Part shown: positions 1 to 8,600 of the stretch, piece after piece
Layout of the letters: every line of letters starts with the position of its first letter
Numbering within the stretch: the first letter of the stretch is position 1
Translations under genes and position numbers: made by a program
Notes under the pieces: generated by a model
Database searches by the model: none
Told to the model about the DNA's origin: nothing
Seen by the model: the letters and a program-made list of their open reading frames with translations, nothing else
IMG/VR virus record: IMGVR_UViG_3300027819_000029
Coordinates: 1-38,975 of that record
DNA: 38,975 nt
Strand: one strand, 5' to 3'
Source: a virus
Lineage: Duplodnaviria; Caudoviricetes

Positions 1-81
1 CGCCGCGTGCGCCCCGTGAAACGCGATTTTTGAAATAATATTCATTCATTTATTAGATACAATTATGAAATATCGGGAGAA

Positions 82-540
82 ATGGTGGAAATAGACACTC
101 GGGTGGTTGGGGTCGGGGATATTAAATTGAATCCCGACAACCCGCGCACGATTCAGGACCGCGATATGGCGTATCTCGTGAAATCAATTACTGATTTCCC
201 TGACATGATGCGCCTCCGGGAGATTGTCGTAGACGAAACGATGACCGTACTGGGCGGCAACATGCGCCTGCTGGCCTTACGGCAGGCGGGCGAGAAATCC
301 TGCACGGTGAAGGTGGTCTCTGGCCTGACCCCTGAGCGGAAGCGGGAGTTCATCATCAAGGACAACGGTTCCTTCGGCGCTTGGGACTTTGATGCGCTGG
401 CTAACTCGTGGGACGACCTTCCCCTGGTCGAGTGGGGCGTGAGGATGCCCGAGGAATGGTGTCCGTCGTCAGGAAGCAGCGAGGAAAAGAAAAGTGAAAC
501 GATGTGCCCTAAATGTGGGTGGGCCATAAATGCCGAGTAA
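82..540 (+). CDS. ParB/Srx-like N-terminal domain protein with C-terminal CPKCG zinc knuckle
   Basis: 'IKLNPDNPRTI...LVKSI..F...REIVVD...VLGGNMRLLAL' is the ParB-N pattern; typical position upstream of phage terminase genes. Confidence 0.75.
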   Translation: MVEIDTRVVGVGDIKLNPDNPRTIQDRDMAYLVKSITDFPDMMRLREIVVDETMTVLGGNMRLLALRQAGEKSCTVKVVSGLTPERKREFIIKDNGSFGAWDFDALANSWDDLPLVEWGVRMPEEWCPSSGSSEEKKSETMCPKCGWAINAE

Positions 541-868
541 AAACTGGGGCGGTGCTCGTGGCGGCTCCGGCAGAAAGCCCATCTGCATATCCGACAAGGA
601 AAAGAAGAACCTCATCAAGGCCGCGAAGGAAGCGTCGAAGCGAACCGGGAAAACGGTGTGGGATATCCTGATGATGCACATTTACAACGGGAAGGACCAG
701 CCCCGCGTAAGCGTAGCCGCCATCAAGGTGTTTCAGGATGCCGTCATCGCCAAGCAGTCCCACGAGACGAAGGAGATTTATAACTATTCCCCGGCGATCC
801 TGCCGGTTCTTGAGGATGACCCGTCGAGGATCGATATGGCGAAGGCGGCACAGTCTCCGGTCCATTGA
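530..868 (+). CDS. terS: probable terminase small subunit
   Basis: Basic N-terminus 'WGGARGGSGRKP'; stop overlaps the TerL start (TGATG at 866-870); synteny. Confidence 0.6.
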   Translation: MPSKNWGGARGGSGRKPICISDKEKKNLIKAAKEASKRTGKTVWDILMMHIYNGKDQPRVSVAAIKVFQDAVIAKQSHETKEIYNYSPAILPVLEDDPSRIDMAKAAQSPVH

Positions 869-3324
869 TGTTGGCCGCGTGGAAGCCGCACGACGGCCCC
901 CAGACGGAGTTCCTTCGGCGGGGTGAGTTTGAGATTCTGTTCGGCGGGGCGGCTGGCCCCGGGAAGACCGATTGCTTGGTCATCGCCGCCACGCGGTACG
1001 TCAGCAACCCGAATTACAAGGCCCTGATCCTCCGCCGGACGTTTCCTCAGTTGGAAGAGATCATGGACCGTTGCCGGAAGTATTACCCACTGATCGACCC
1101 GGGCGCGTACTTCCTCGCCACAGAGAAGCGGTGGCATTTCTCGTCGGGCGCTACGATCAAGTTAGGCCATTGCCAGCACGAGGCCGACCGGTTCAACTAT
1201 CAGGGGCAGGATTACCATTTCATCGGATTCGATGAGGCGACACAGTTCACGGCGCTGATTTATCTGTACCTGTTCTCTCGGTGCCGGTCCACGGACCCCC
1301 GGATTCGCCCGATGGTGCGCTCCACGTCGAACCCGGGCGGCGAGGGCCACCAGTTCATCAAGGAGCGGTTCGGCATCGGTAACATTGAGCCTCGCACCAC
1401 GATGTACGAGGAGTCCGTTGACCCGATCACCGGCGAGGCGCTTCGACTGTCGCGGACGTTCATCCCGGCGACGTTGGAAGATAACCCGACGCTGCTGCTG
1501 AACGATCCGGATTATCTGGCGCGACTGGCGGCGCTGCCGACCATCGAGTATCTTCGGCTCCGCGAAGGCCGGTGGGATGCCTTTGAGGGTCAGGCGTTCC
1601 GGGAGTTGAACCGGCAGATTCACTCCATCCCGGCGTTCGACATCCCGCCGGAGTGGACCCGGTACCGGGCCTTCGACTGGGGCTACGCGAAGCCGTTTTC
1701 CGTCGGATGGTACGCCGTGGACTTCGATGGGAGGATCTACCGGTACCGGGCGTGGTACGGGTGCAAGCGGGACGAGCGCGGGAAGTTGCTCCCCGACCAA
1801 GGCATCAAGATGACCGCGACGGACATCGCCCGGGGCATCAAGGACCGGGAGCGCGGGGAGCGGATACAGGTCGGACCCGCCGGCCACGACATCTGGTCGC
1901 GTAGGCCGCAGAAGGACGGGTCTCTTGGCATCTCGGTGTTCGATGAGATGTGCGCGGAGGGCGTGGTCTGGATCAAGGCGGACAATGACCGGATGCTCGG
2001 GCGCCAGCAGTTCCACAAACGACTGGAAGTTGACGAGGATGGAAAGCCCGGCCTGTACATCTTCCAGACGCCGGAAAACGAGGATTCCTTCTGGCGCACG
2101 ATACCGATGTTGCGGGAGTACGAGCGCAACCCGGAGGAGATTGAGGAGAAGTGCGAGGACCATTGTTTCGTCGGAGAAACTGGAATAACGACGGACCTTG
2201 GCGTGAAGCCGATATCCTCCCTTGTCGGTGTAACCGGGAGGCTATGGACAGCCGGGAATCAATGGTCGGAGTTCCACGGTTGCCGGGAGACAAGGAAGTC
2301 TTCCCCGCTTGTTCGGGTTACGTTCGTTGACGGGCACGATGTTTTTTGTACTCCCGACCACCGGTTTCTCACCACAGACGGGAAGTGGACCGAAGCGAAA
2401 AACTTGACAGGCAGGGAGGTACATAGTGCAATATCTCATCTTGTCAATGGAGGTGAGATATGGAAGTCCTCGTCATCAGCCCCACGATTCAGGAGTTCCT
2501 CGGAATCAGGTATTACAAGTGCGGACCTTACTTCCAACGAAAAGGAGTTCGCTTACATCGGACCGTGTGGGAGCAGTCCAACGGGAGGCCGGTTCCTGCC
2601 GGATGGCACGTTCATCACTCCGATAAGGACAGGGCGAATAATCAACCCGGAAATCTTTCGCTCAAAGAGGACGGAGAGCACCTATCCGTTCACGGAAAGG
2701 CCAACGACCACACAAAGGCGATGTTGGCCGCACGGGAAGCGGCAAAAATATGGCACTCCAGCCCCGCAGGTCGAGAGTGGGCGAAACGAAACTTCGAAAA
2801 GAACGTTCGAGGAGAAATACAGCGAAGGGTTGAAAAGAAGTGCGAGCAATGCGGAGCGGATTACCCCGGGTTATTTCAATCAAGGTTCTGCTCTCCCGGA
2901 TGCAAAACAAAGTGGCGATACGCCGCAGGGCTTGATCGGGTCATCAGAGAGTGCATTGTTTGCGGAAAGAAATTCGAGGTCAATAAATATCTCGGGTCCA
3001 AGTCCTGCTCTCGTAAGTGCGCTGGCGTCAGGAGCGGGAACACGCGCCGTGGCCGTCCTCAGGGTAGAAGAGGCGGGGAGGGGTGACGTTTACTGCCTCT
3101 CGGTTGACGATCTTCATTCGTTCGCGCTTTCGAACGGAGTAATCGTACATAACTGCTACGAAGAGGTCCGCTACTTCTTGATGAGCCGCCCAATTAAGCC
3201 GAGGCACCGGGTAAAGCCGGACCTTAACTCGTTCCAAGCGGAGCGGCGGAAGTTGATAAAGGCGCGGGCATACGCTTCGCGCCATGGGGTCAGTCTTACT
3301 GACGCATACGGGAGGATCCGATAA
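868..3324 (+). CDS. terL: terminase large subunit precursor containing an intein (mature ~488 aa)
   Basis: 'PHDGPQTEF', Walker A 'GGAAGPGKT', Walker B 'FIGFDEATQF', motif III 'STSNPGG', nuclease 'AFDWGY'; removing the intein restores 'EDH|CYEEVRY'. ATG 868 preferred over TTG 865. Confidence 0.95.
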   Translation: MLAAWKPHDGPQTEFLRRGEFEILFGGAAGPGKTDCLVIAATRYVSNPNYKALILRRTFPQLEEIMDRCRKYYPLIDPGAYFLATEKRWHFSSGATIKLGHCQHEADRFNYQGQDYHFIGFDEATQFTALIYLYLFSRCRSTDPRIRPMVRSTSNPGGEGHQFIKERFGIGNIEPRTTMYEESVDPITGEALRLSRTFIPATLEDNPTLLLNDPDYLARLAALPTIEYLRLREGRWDAFEGQAFRELNRQIHSIPAFDIPPEWTRYRAFDWGYAKPFSVGWYAVDFDGRIYRYRAWYGCKRDERGKLLPDQGIKMTATDIARGIKDRERGERIQVGPAGHDIWSRRPQKDGSLGISVFDEMCAEGVVWIKADNDRMLGRQQFHKRLEVDEDGKPGLYIFQTPENEDSFWRTIPMLREYERNPEEIEEKCEDHCFVGETGITTDLGVKPISSLVGVTGRLWTAGNQWSEFHGCRETRKSSPLVRVTFVDGHDVFCTPDHRFLTTDGKWTEAKNLTGREVHSAISHLVNGGEIWKSSSSAPRFRSSSESGITSADLTSNEKEFAYIGPCGSSPTGGRFLPDGTFITPIRTGRIINPEIFRSKRTESTYPFTERPTTTQRRCWPHGKRQKYGTPAPQVESGRNETSKRTFEEKYSEGLKRSASNAERITPGYFNQGSALPDAKQSGDTPQGLIGSSESALFAERNSRSINISGPSPALVSALASGAGTRAVAVLRVEEAGRGDVYCLSVDDLHSFALSNGVIVHNCYEEVRYFLMSRPIKPRHRVKPDLNSFQAERRKLIKARAYASRHGVSLTDAYGRIR
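2164..3153 (+). mobile_element. intein (330 aa) in the TerL nuclease domain
   Basis: Starts with Cys 'CFVGETGITT' (block A), has 'VFCTPDHRFLT' (block B) and 'DVYCLSV', ends 'NGVIVHN' followed by a +1 Cys. Confidence 0.93.
2460..3086 (+). CDS. HNH homing endonuclease with C-terminal Cys-rich zinc-binding repeats, nested out of frame inside the intein
   Basis: 'RLHRTVWE...VP.GWHVHHSDKDRANNQPGNL' HNH motif; CxxC/FCSxxC repeats; SD GGAGGTG at 2449-2455 before ATG 2460; different frame from TerL. Confidence 0.85.
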   Translation: MEVLVISPTIQEFLGIRYYKCGPYFQRKGVRLHRTVWEQSNGRPVPAGWHVHHSDKDRANNQPGNLSLKEDGEHLSVHGKANDHTKAMLAAREAAKIWHSSPAGREWAKRNFEKNVRGEIQRRVEKKCEQCGADYPGLFQSRFCSPGCKTKWRYAAGLDRVIRECIVCGKKFEVNKYLGSKSCSRKCAGVRSGNTRRGRPQGRRGGEG

Positions 3325-5187
3325 TTGGCAAAACGCGGTCGCCCCAAGAAGATAGAGATGCCGGATTCCGCCGAGCCGAGCAACGCGAAGAATTGGTTGC
3401 GCTGCATCGACCGTGCGAAGAAGGTCCGCCAGAACTGGCGCGACCGCATGCGCGTGTCGCTTGCGTATGATTACTTCGAGGGGATCCAGCGTCCCGCCGG
3501 GATCAACGAAAAAGAGTGGATCACGATCAATATGATCTACTCGAATCTCCTCGCCGAACTCCCTACCCTATACTCCACCGATCCGTACTTCTACGTGAAA
3601 TTGAAGAAATCTTTCAAGCCCGTACCCGAAACCATCGCCGCATACGAAGAGATGGCGAAGGTGCGTCAGGGCGGCCTGAACTACTACAAGGGCGAACTCG
3701 GCCTGAAGGAGAAATCCCGCCTCGCAATCTCCGACGCCTTCTTCCAGTACGGCGTGATAGAGGTCGCTCTGTCCGCCGACATGGAGGAGAACCCGAAGAA
3801 GGGTGAAGCCATTCTCGGCGAGGACGGGCGCCCGATGTTGGACGAGGACGACGCCCCGCTGTTGGAGCCGGAAGAGGTTCCCGCGAACGAGGCGTTCCAG
3901 TTGATCCGTCACCATCCCGACGATTTCCTCGTGGACGCAGACGCGGGACCGCTTGATGACGACGTGAAGTGGAAGGCCAAGCGGGTGAAGATGCGCCTTG
4001 AGGAAGTTCGAGATGATCGCAGGTTCGACCGCTCCGCCCGGCGGGACTGCAAGGCGACGGAGATGGACGACCAGACGGACAAGGAGCGCGAGGCCCGGAA
4101 GAAGGGCGGCACGCTATCCGCGCAACAGGAAAAAACCCCCTCCATCGTCGTGACGTGGTGGTTGTACGACCGGTGCTGTAAGCAGTTCCTCGTGGTAGCC
4201 GAGGGGAACGATGATTACCTGATCGCGCCGAAGGACATCCCCAAGGGCATCGAGAAGGATCCATTCGTGGACCTTCGGTTCACTCCGCGTTCCGACTCGT
4301 GGTATCCGATCCCACCTATCTCTCAGCAGATCGACCCGCAGCGCGAGTATTGCGAAACGCGGTCGAAGATGCTCAAGCATCGCAAGCGGTTCAATCGGAA
4401 ATACGTCATGTTCACCACGCCGTTCGGAGACAACGCCGAAAGCGAAGCGGCGAAACTGGAGAACGGAGACGATGGCGCGGTGCTGATGGCGACCACGCCG
4501 ACCGGATTCGCCCCCGTCATGCCGATTCAGGACGCCCCGCTGGATCAGAACATCCACGTCGAGTATGCGTACCTGCGGAAGGATTTCGAGGATGTTGCAA
4601 CCGGCGCGAATCAGCGGGGCAGCGCTCAGGGCGTGGATTCCGCGACCGAGGCCGGGGTCATCGAGAAGAGGACGCAGATCCGCGAAGGAGACCGGATCGG
4701 CATGGTCGGGGATTTTGTCATCGGCATCGGCAGGAAACTCGACCAGATGATACAAGCACATTGGAAGAAGGAGCAGGCGGTGAAGATCGTGGGGCCGCAG
4801 GGTGAGGAATGGATCACGATGCGCCCGCAGGATTACGAGAAGATCGAGGGGGAGTACGAGTACAGCATCAACGTCGGCGCGACCACGCCGCAACTTCCAG
4901 AGATCGAGCGTGCCCAGTGGCTTAGTTTCCTGGGAGTGGTGACGAACGCGCCGCAGTTGCTCCTGTCGAAAACACTCCTGAAGGAAACCGCCCGGATGCA
5001 CCACATCGAGAGCGACGCGCTTGTGGAGGAACTGTTCACGATAGGCCAGCAGATGATGTCGGGTGAGATTCCGATGCCGGGGGCGCAGGGGTCGCAGCCG
5101 AATACGCAGGGTACCGCGGCGGCCCGCACGGGCGGGCAGGCGGCAGGAAGCAATAACGTCATGTCGATGAGGGGAGGCCCCCGCTGA
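3325..5187 (+). CDS. portal protein (podovirus/P22-like)
   Basis: 620 aa directly after TerL; 'ITINMIYSN', 'DAFFQYGVI', 'SATEAGVI' and a Q/G-rich C-terminus fit P22-like portals. Confidence 0.8.
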   Translation: MAKRGRPKKIEMPDSAEPSNAKNWLRCIDRAKKVRQNWRDRMRVSLAYDYFEGIQRPAGINEKEWITINMIYSNLLAELPTLYSTDPYFYVKLKKSFKPVPETIAAYEEMAKVRQGGLNYYKGELGLKEKSRLAISDAFFQYGVIEVALSADMEENPKKGEAILGEDGRPMLDEDDAPLLEPEEVPANEAFQLIRHHPDDFLVDADAGPLDDDVKWKAKRVKMRLEEVRDDRRFDRSARRDCKATEMDDQTDKEREARKKGGTLSAQQEKTPSIVVTWWLYDRCCKQFLVVAEGNDDYLIAPKDIPKGIEKDPFVDLRFTPRSDSWYPIPPISQQIDPQREYCETRSKMLKHRKRFNRKYVMFTTPFGDNAESEAAKLENGDDGAVLMATTPTGFAPVMPIQDAPLDQNIHVEYAYLRKDFEDVATGANQRGSAQGVDSATEAGVIEKRTQIREGDRIGMVGDFVIGIGRKLDQMIQAHWKKEQAVKIVGPQGEEWITMRPQDYEKIEGEYEYSINVGATTPQLPEIERAQWLSFLGVVTNAPQLLLSKTLLKETARMHHIESDALVEELFTIGQQMMSGEIPMPGAQGSQPNTQGTAAARTGGQAAGSNNVMSMRGGPR

Positions 5188-5432
5188 TGCCGATTTACAC
5201 GTACAAATGTTCCCTCTGCGGTGAGGTTGATGGAGTTTGGGGACATGTCTCTGAGGAGCGCAAGGTCCACGACGAATGCGGTCGAACGATGACGCGGCTC
5301 ATCTCCCGGGCGAATATCACGCCGGTCATGCACGAACACGTCGAGTGGAACATGGGCCATGAGCCGGTAGTGGTCAAGGGGAGAGTTCATCACCGGCAAC
5401 TCTTGAAAGAGCGGGGTCTATCGGAGCGATGA
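5187..5432 (+). CDS. FmdB-like zinc-ribbon protein
   Basis: 'MPIYTYKCSLCG...CGRTMTRLIS'; common just downstream of phage portal genes. Confidence 0.75.
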   Translation: MPIYTYKCSLCGEVDGVWGHVSEERKVHDECGRTMTRLISRANITPVMHEHVEWNMGHEPVVVKGRVHHRQLLKERGLSER

Positions 5433-5614
5433 GAGTCTGCACGCCCCACATGAAACCAGCGGTCGAAACGGTCATGGTCCGGTCCACCGACCACGAGATT
5501 GATTTCTGCCCCGCGTGTCTTGAGTTCTTCAACCTGCTCCAAACGAAGGAGTTCTGGGAGATCGACGCGGAGGAAAAGAAACCGGCGGGACGCAAGAAGG
5601 TTTCCGCCGCGTAA
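5429..5614 (+). CDS. small hypothetical protein (CxxH/CxxC)
   Basis: ATGA coupling to the previous gene; 'CTPH...FCPAC'. Confidence 0.55.
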   Translation: MRVCTPHMKPAVETVMVRSTDHEIDFCPACLEFFNLLQTKEFWEIDAEEKKPAGRKKVSAA

Positions 5615-5639
5615 CATCCTACGCTTCGAGCGTGGACGC

Positions 5640-5670
5640 AAGCCCCGCAACCCAGCGGGGCTTTTTTATT
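5640..5670 (+). terminator. Rho-independent terminator/attenuator before the scaffold gene
   Basis: AAGCCCCGC-AACCCA-GCGGGGCTT stem followed by TTTTATT. Confidence 0.75.
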
Positions 5671-5706
5671 GGCATCAACAAATCCAGATAGGAGGAATCA
5701 TCGCAA

Positions 5707-6561
5707 ATGACAGACCTTGCGACGGCCCCTGCGGTCGGCGACGGGACGAGCCAAGGGACCGTGGCGGCAGCCACGATAACCCCGACGGCCCCCGTAACCG
5801 GCACGGAAGGACGAGCCAGCGTCACGGAAAGCGCCACGACACCGGCCCCCGCATCTTCGGGGACGAGTCAGGACGTGGATTTCACAGACGGTGTCAACCC
5901 CGAAACGCTACCACCGGAGATCCGCCCCTTGTGGGAGTCAACCCACAAGCAGATGAAAGCCGCGCTGACTCGCAAGTTTCAGGAGTTCGGCGCGGACCGG
6001 GATCTACTCACGCAGGCGAAGCAGTTCCTGCGTGATCCGATCACGGGGATGCAGCAGATGGCGGCCCAGCACGGCTACACGCTCACTCGCAGGGAAGCGG
6101 CTGCGGCAGTCGCGCAGCAGCAGGGGCAGCCCGCAGACCCCTGGCAGCCGGAGACCTACGAGGAAATCGTGGAGCGGGCCGCGGGCGAGGCGATGCGGAG
6201 GGCAGAGGAGAAGTTCGCCCCCCTGATCCAGAACGTCCAGCAGATGCAGGCCAAGAACATCGAGGCCCAGTTGGACGGCATCGACAAGGAATGGCGGAAA
6301 TACGAGCCGGAACTTCGAGAGATACTGGACAAGCATCCCAGTCTCATTGCGGATCTCCCAAGACTCTACAGGAACGCGGTACCCCCGGAAGTATTCGAGT
6401 CCCGGGCGGTACAGCACGCCCTGACGAGGATGAAGGAAACCGCATCGGCGGCGGCGGTATCGGGAAAAACAACCGTCTCACAGTCAACCCCGGCACCACG
6501 GAAAGCCACGAACTTCAACGAGGCGGTGTCAATCGCCAAGGAGAAGTTGGGGCTGAAATAA
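5707..6561 (+). CDS. capsid scaffolding protein
   Basis: SD AGGAGG; T/A/P-rich disordered N-terminus then helical region; lies between portal and major capsid gene. Confidence 0.7.
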   Translation: MTDLATAPAVGDGTSQGTVAAATITPTAPVTGTEGRASVTESATTPAPASSGTSQDVDFTDGVNPETLPPEIRPLWESTHKQMKAALTRKFQEFGADRDLLTQAKQFLRDPITGMQQMAAQHGYTLTRREAAAAVAQQQGQPADPWQPETYEEIVERAAGEAMRRAEEKFAPLIQNVQQMQAKNIEAQLDGIDKEWRKYEPELREILDKHPSLIADLPRLYRNAVPPEVFESRAVQHALTRMKETASAAAVSGKTTVSQSTPAPRKATNFNEAVSIAKEKLGLK

Positions 6562-6570
6562 GGAGGCAGC

Positions 6571-8525
6571 ATGGCAACCATCGGGGCGACCGCCCCCTCA
6601 CAGAACACGATCAACTACGACGCCCTGAACTGATCGGGGCTTTGGAGGTTTGCCTGTACCTGTTCTGGGCTTGTGCAGCCCACAGTGACATGCCCTGCAA
6701 AGGGTGACGCCGTTTGAGACTTCAAAGCGGAGTTCTCGGTTCTTGCTCCAAGGTTCAATGTGATGGGCAGTCAGATCGCGGCCGTTTGATCCGCATTTCT
6801 GGCATCTCCACCGATCACGCCTCAGGACAGCGAGGGACCATTCCTTGTGGCGAGTGCTGCTTCGCATAAGGCGGTTTTCGGAATTAATTCCGCCTTGCCA
6901 GTTCCAGTGATTAGGACCGGAATTGGCTTCGCTTGTTTTTCGTCTCCAATCGGCATCATGAACCGGATGCGATTTCCCCTTGTTATGAGGGACGTGGTTC
7001 TTCGTGAATCCTTGCTGATTCCCGAGACACTTACCCTTCCGGCTTTCGGAGATTTTCTTTTTCGTTTCTTCCGAATGCTTCTTTCCGGCAAAGGGGGCGA
7101 AATCTTTCCTTCCGGTCATCCAGTTCTTTAGTCGGCCCTCTGCATAGGCACGACGGACGGCATCGCCGATTAACTTCCTTGATTCTGGCGAATGCTTTGT
7201 TCCGGGTTTCATCGGCAAGTCTCCTTAGAAAACGGGCTTAATTCGGCGAAAATCTTACGATCCTGCTAACTACTACACTAACAGCGTACCGGCAGGGTGT
7301 CAAGTAGATAACGCCGAGCCAGCAGGAGGGATTACGAAAGGCCCTCCGGGCGCGTGTGACGGTCAGGGGTGAATAAATATAATCCCCATAAATAGCCCGG
7401 CCGAAAGGCGTGACATGACCTGAGCCTCCGGGAAACCGGAGGAAGCGGGAAATAGAAAGCCCGCGATAACAACACTGACTCAGTACCACGCTCGCGAACT
7501 ACCGCGAAACTATGGTCGACAACATCTTCAAATCCAACGGGTTCCTTGCCGCGCTGAAGTCTTACGGCGGCATCGAATACCAGGACGGCGGGGAGCGCAT
7601 CGCGCAACCGCTGATGTACGAGGACAACGGAACCGTCAAGTCGTACAGCGGTTACGATACCCTCGACACCACGCCGCAGGACGGCATGACCACGGCGTTC
7701 TTCCCGTGGTGCGAAGTGGCTGGCACCATCTCCATCTCCCGACTCGAAGAGCGCAAGAATAGCGGCGAGTCCGCGATCCTGAAGCTCCTCGAAAAGAAGA
7801 TCCTTCAGGCCGAGATGTCCCTGAAGGCGGCCATCAATTCCCAACTGGTCCTCGGCACGGTTTCCGGGGCGACCTTCGTTCCCGGCAACTCCGCGAAGGA
7901 TCTGTTCCCCCTGGGGTACTTCCTCCGGAAGCTCAACACTACCGACCCGACCACGGGCGGGAACGTCGGCAACATCGCGGGGGCGACGTACTCCTGGTGG
8001 AGGCACAAGACCGGCACGTTCGCGTCCGCGTCCGCCGACACGGGGAACTCGCTCGCCGTAGCGGTTACAACGTACAAGGGCATGAAGAACGGGTTGCACC
8101 GTCTGTACAACTGGTGCTCCAGGGGTGCCGACGGAACCGGCCCGAATATCATGCTTGCCGATCAGGTCAGCTACGAGACCTACGTCAACGCCATCCAGGA
8201 CCAGCGGCAGTACCAGGACGACAAGCTGGCCCAGATCGGCTTCGACAACATCAAGGTCCGGGCGGCTACGCTCATCTGGGACGAACTGGTCCCGGACATC
8301 TCGAACGGAACCGCCGCCATCACCCTGGGCTCCGTGTTCGCCCTGAACACGAAGTTCTACAAGCTGGTCATCGACTCGCAGACGGATTTCGTGACCACTC
8401 CGTTCATCGAGCCGGAGAACCAGACCGCGAAGACCGCGAAGATCCTCTTCATGGGGAACGCCACCGTTTCCAACATGCGGAAGCTCGGCGTGGCTTACGG
8501 AATCGCTCAGACCATCGCGTCGTAA
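6571..8525 (+). CDS. major capsid protein, spliced: join(6571..6626,7478..8525), 367 aa
   Basis: SD AAGGAGG + ATG 6571 gives MATIGATAPSQNTINYDAL then a stop; joining CT|A restores 'NYDALLSTTLANYRETMVDNIFKSN...'; the 7512 ATG has no SD; the body ('GGERI.QPL.Y', 'GFDNIKV') resembles HK97-fold capsids. Confidence 0.88.
6598..7212 (-). CDS. intron-encoded HNH endonuclease with NUMOD3 repeats (antisense to the intron)
   Basis: NUMOD3 'GKKHSEETKKKISES'; HNH 'VLRRDRWRCQKCG...LTAHHI.PW...NGVTLCRACH'; minus-strand SD AAGGAG (7221-7226) 8 nt from ATG 7212. Confidence 0.88.
   Translation of the reverse strand: MKPGTKHSPESRKLIGDAVRRAYAEGRLKNWMTGRKDFAPFAGKKHSEETKKKISESRKGKCLGNQQGFTKNHVPHNKGKSHPVHDADWRRKTSEANSGPNHWNWQGGINSENRLMRSSTRHKEWSLAVLRRDRWRCQKCGSNGRDLTAHHIEPWSKNRELRFEVSNGVTLCRACHCGLHKPRTGTGKPPKPRSVQGVVVDRVL
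6627..7477 (+). mobile_element. group I intron (851 nt) in the major capsid gene
   Basis: P1 GCCCU/GGGGC with U.G at the 5' splice site; P2 6644-6654/7214-7224; P3 CGGGCU/AGCCCG; P4 UUCGGCG/CGCCGAG; P7 ACGGUCA/UGACCU; P8 GCC-GAAA-GGC; P9 CCUCCGG-GAAA-CCGGAGG; terminal G 7477; splicing restores the frame. Confidence 0.9.
7275..7303 (-). promoter_or_regulatory. sigma70-type antisense promoter for the intron HNH, inside the ribozyme P5 region
   Basis: Minus strand TTGACA (7298-7303), 17 nt, TAGTGT (7275-7280) with extended -10 TG. Confidence 0.65.
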
Positions 8526-8600
8526 TTCAACCGTCAACCCCTCAACAACGCGGCGGGGAGTCGGGGCCTCGTGTCAGCCACAAAAAAGGGAGGTAGTGCA

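Noticed and set aside
25-80. AT-rich stretch as the late promoter
   Set aside because: No well-spaced -35/-10 pair could be assigned with confidence
2426-2626. Third-frame ORF inside the intein, or programmed frameshift into the HNH
   Set aside because: No motifs and no obvious slippery site; the HNH has its own SD and ATG
7512-8525. 337-aa ORF taken as the complete major capsid protein
   Set aside because: No SD before 7512, and the frame extends upstream to the intron 3' splice site; it is exon 2 of a spliced gene
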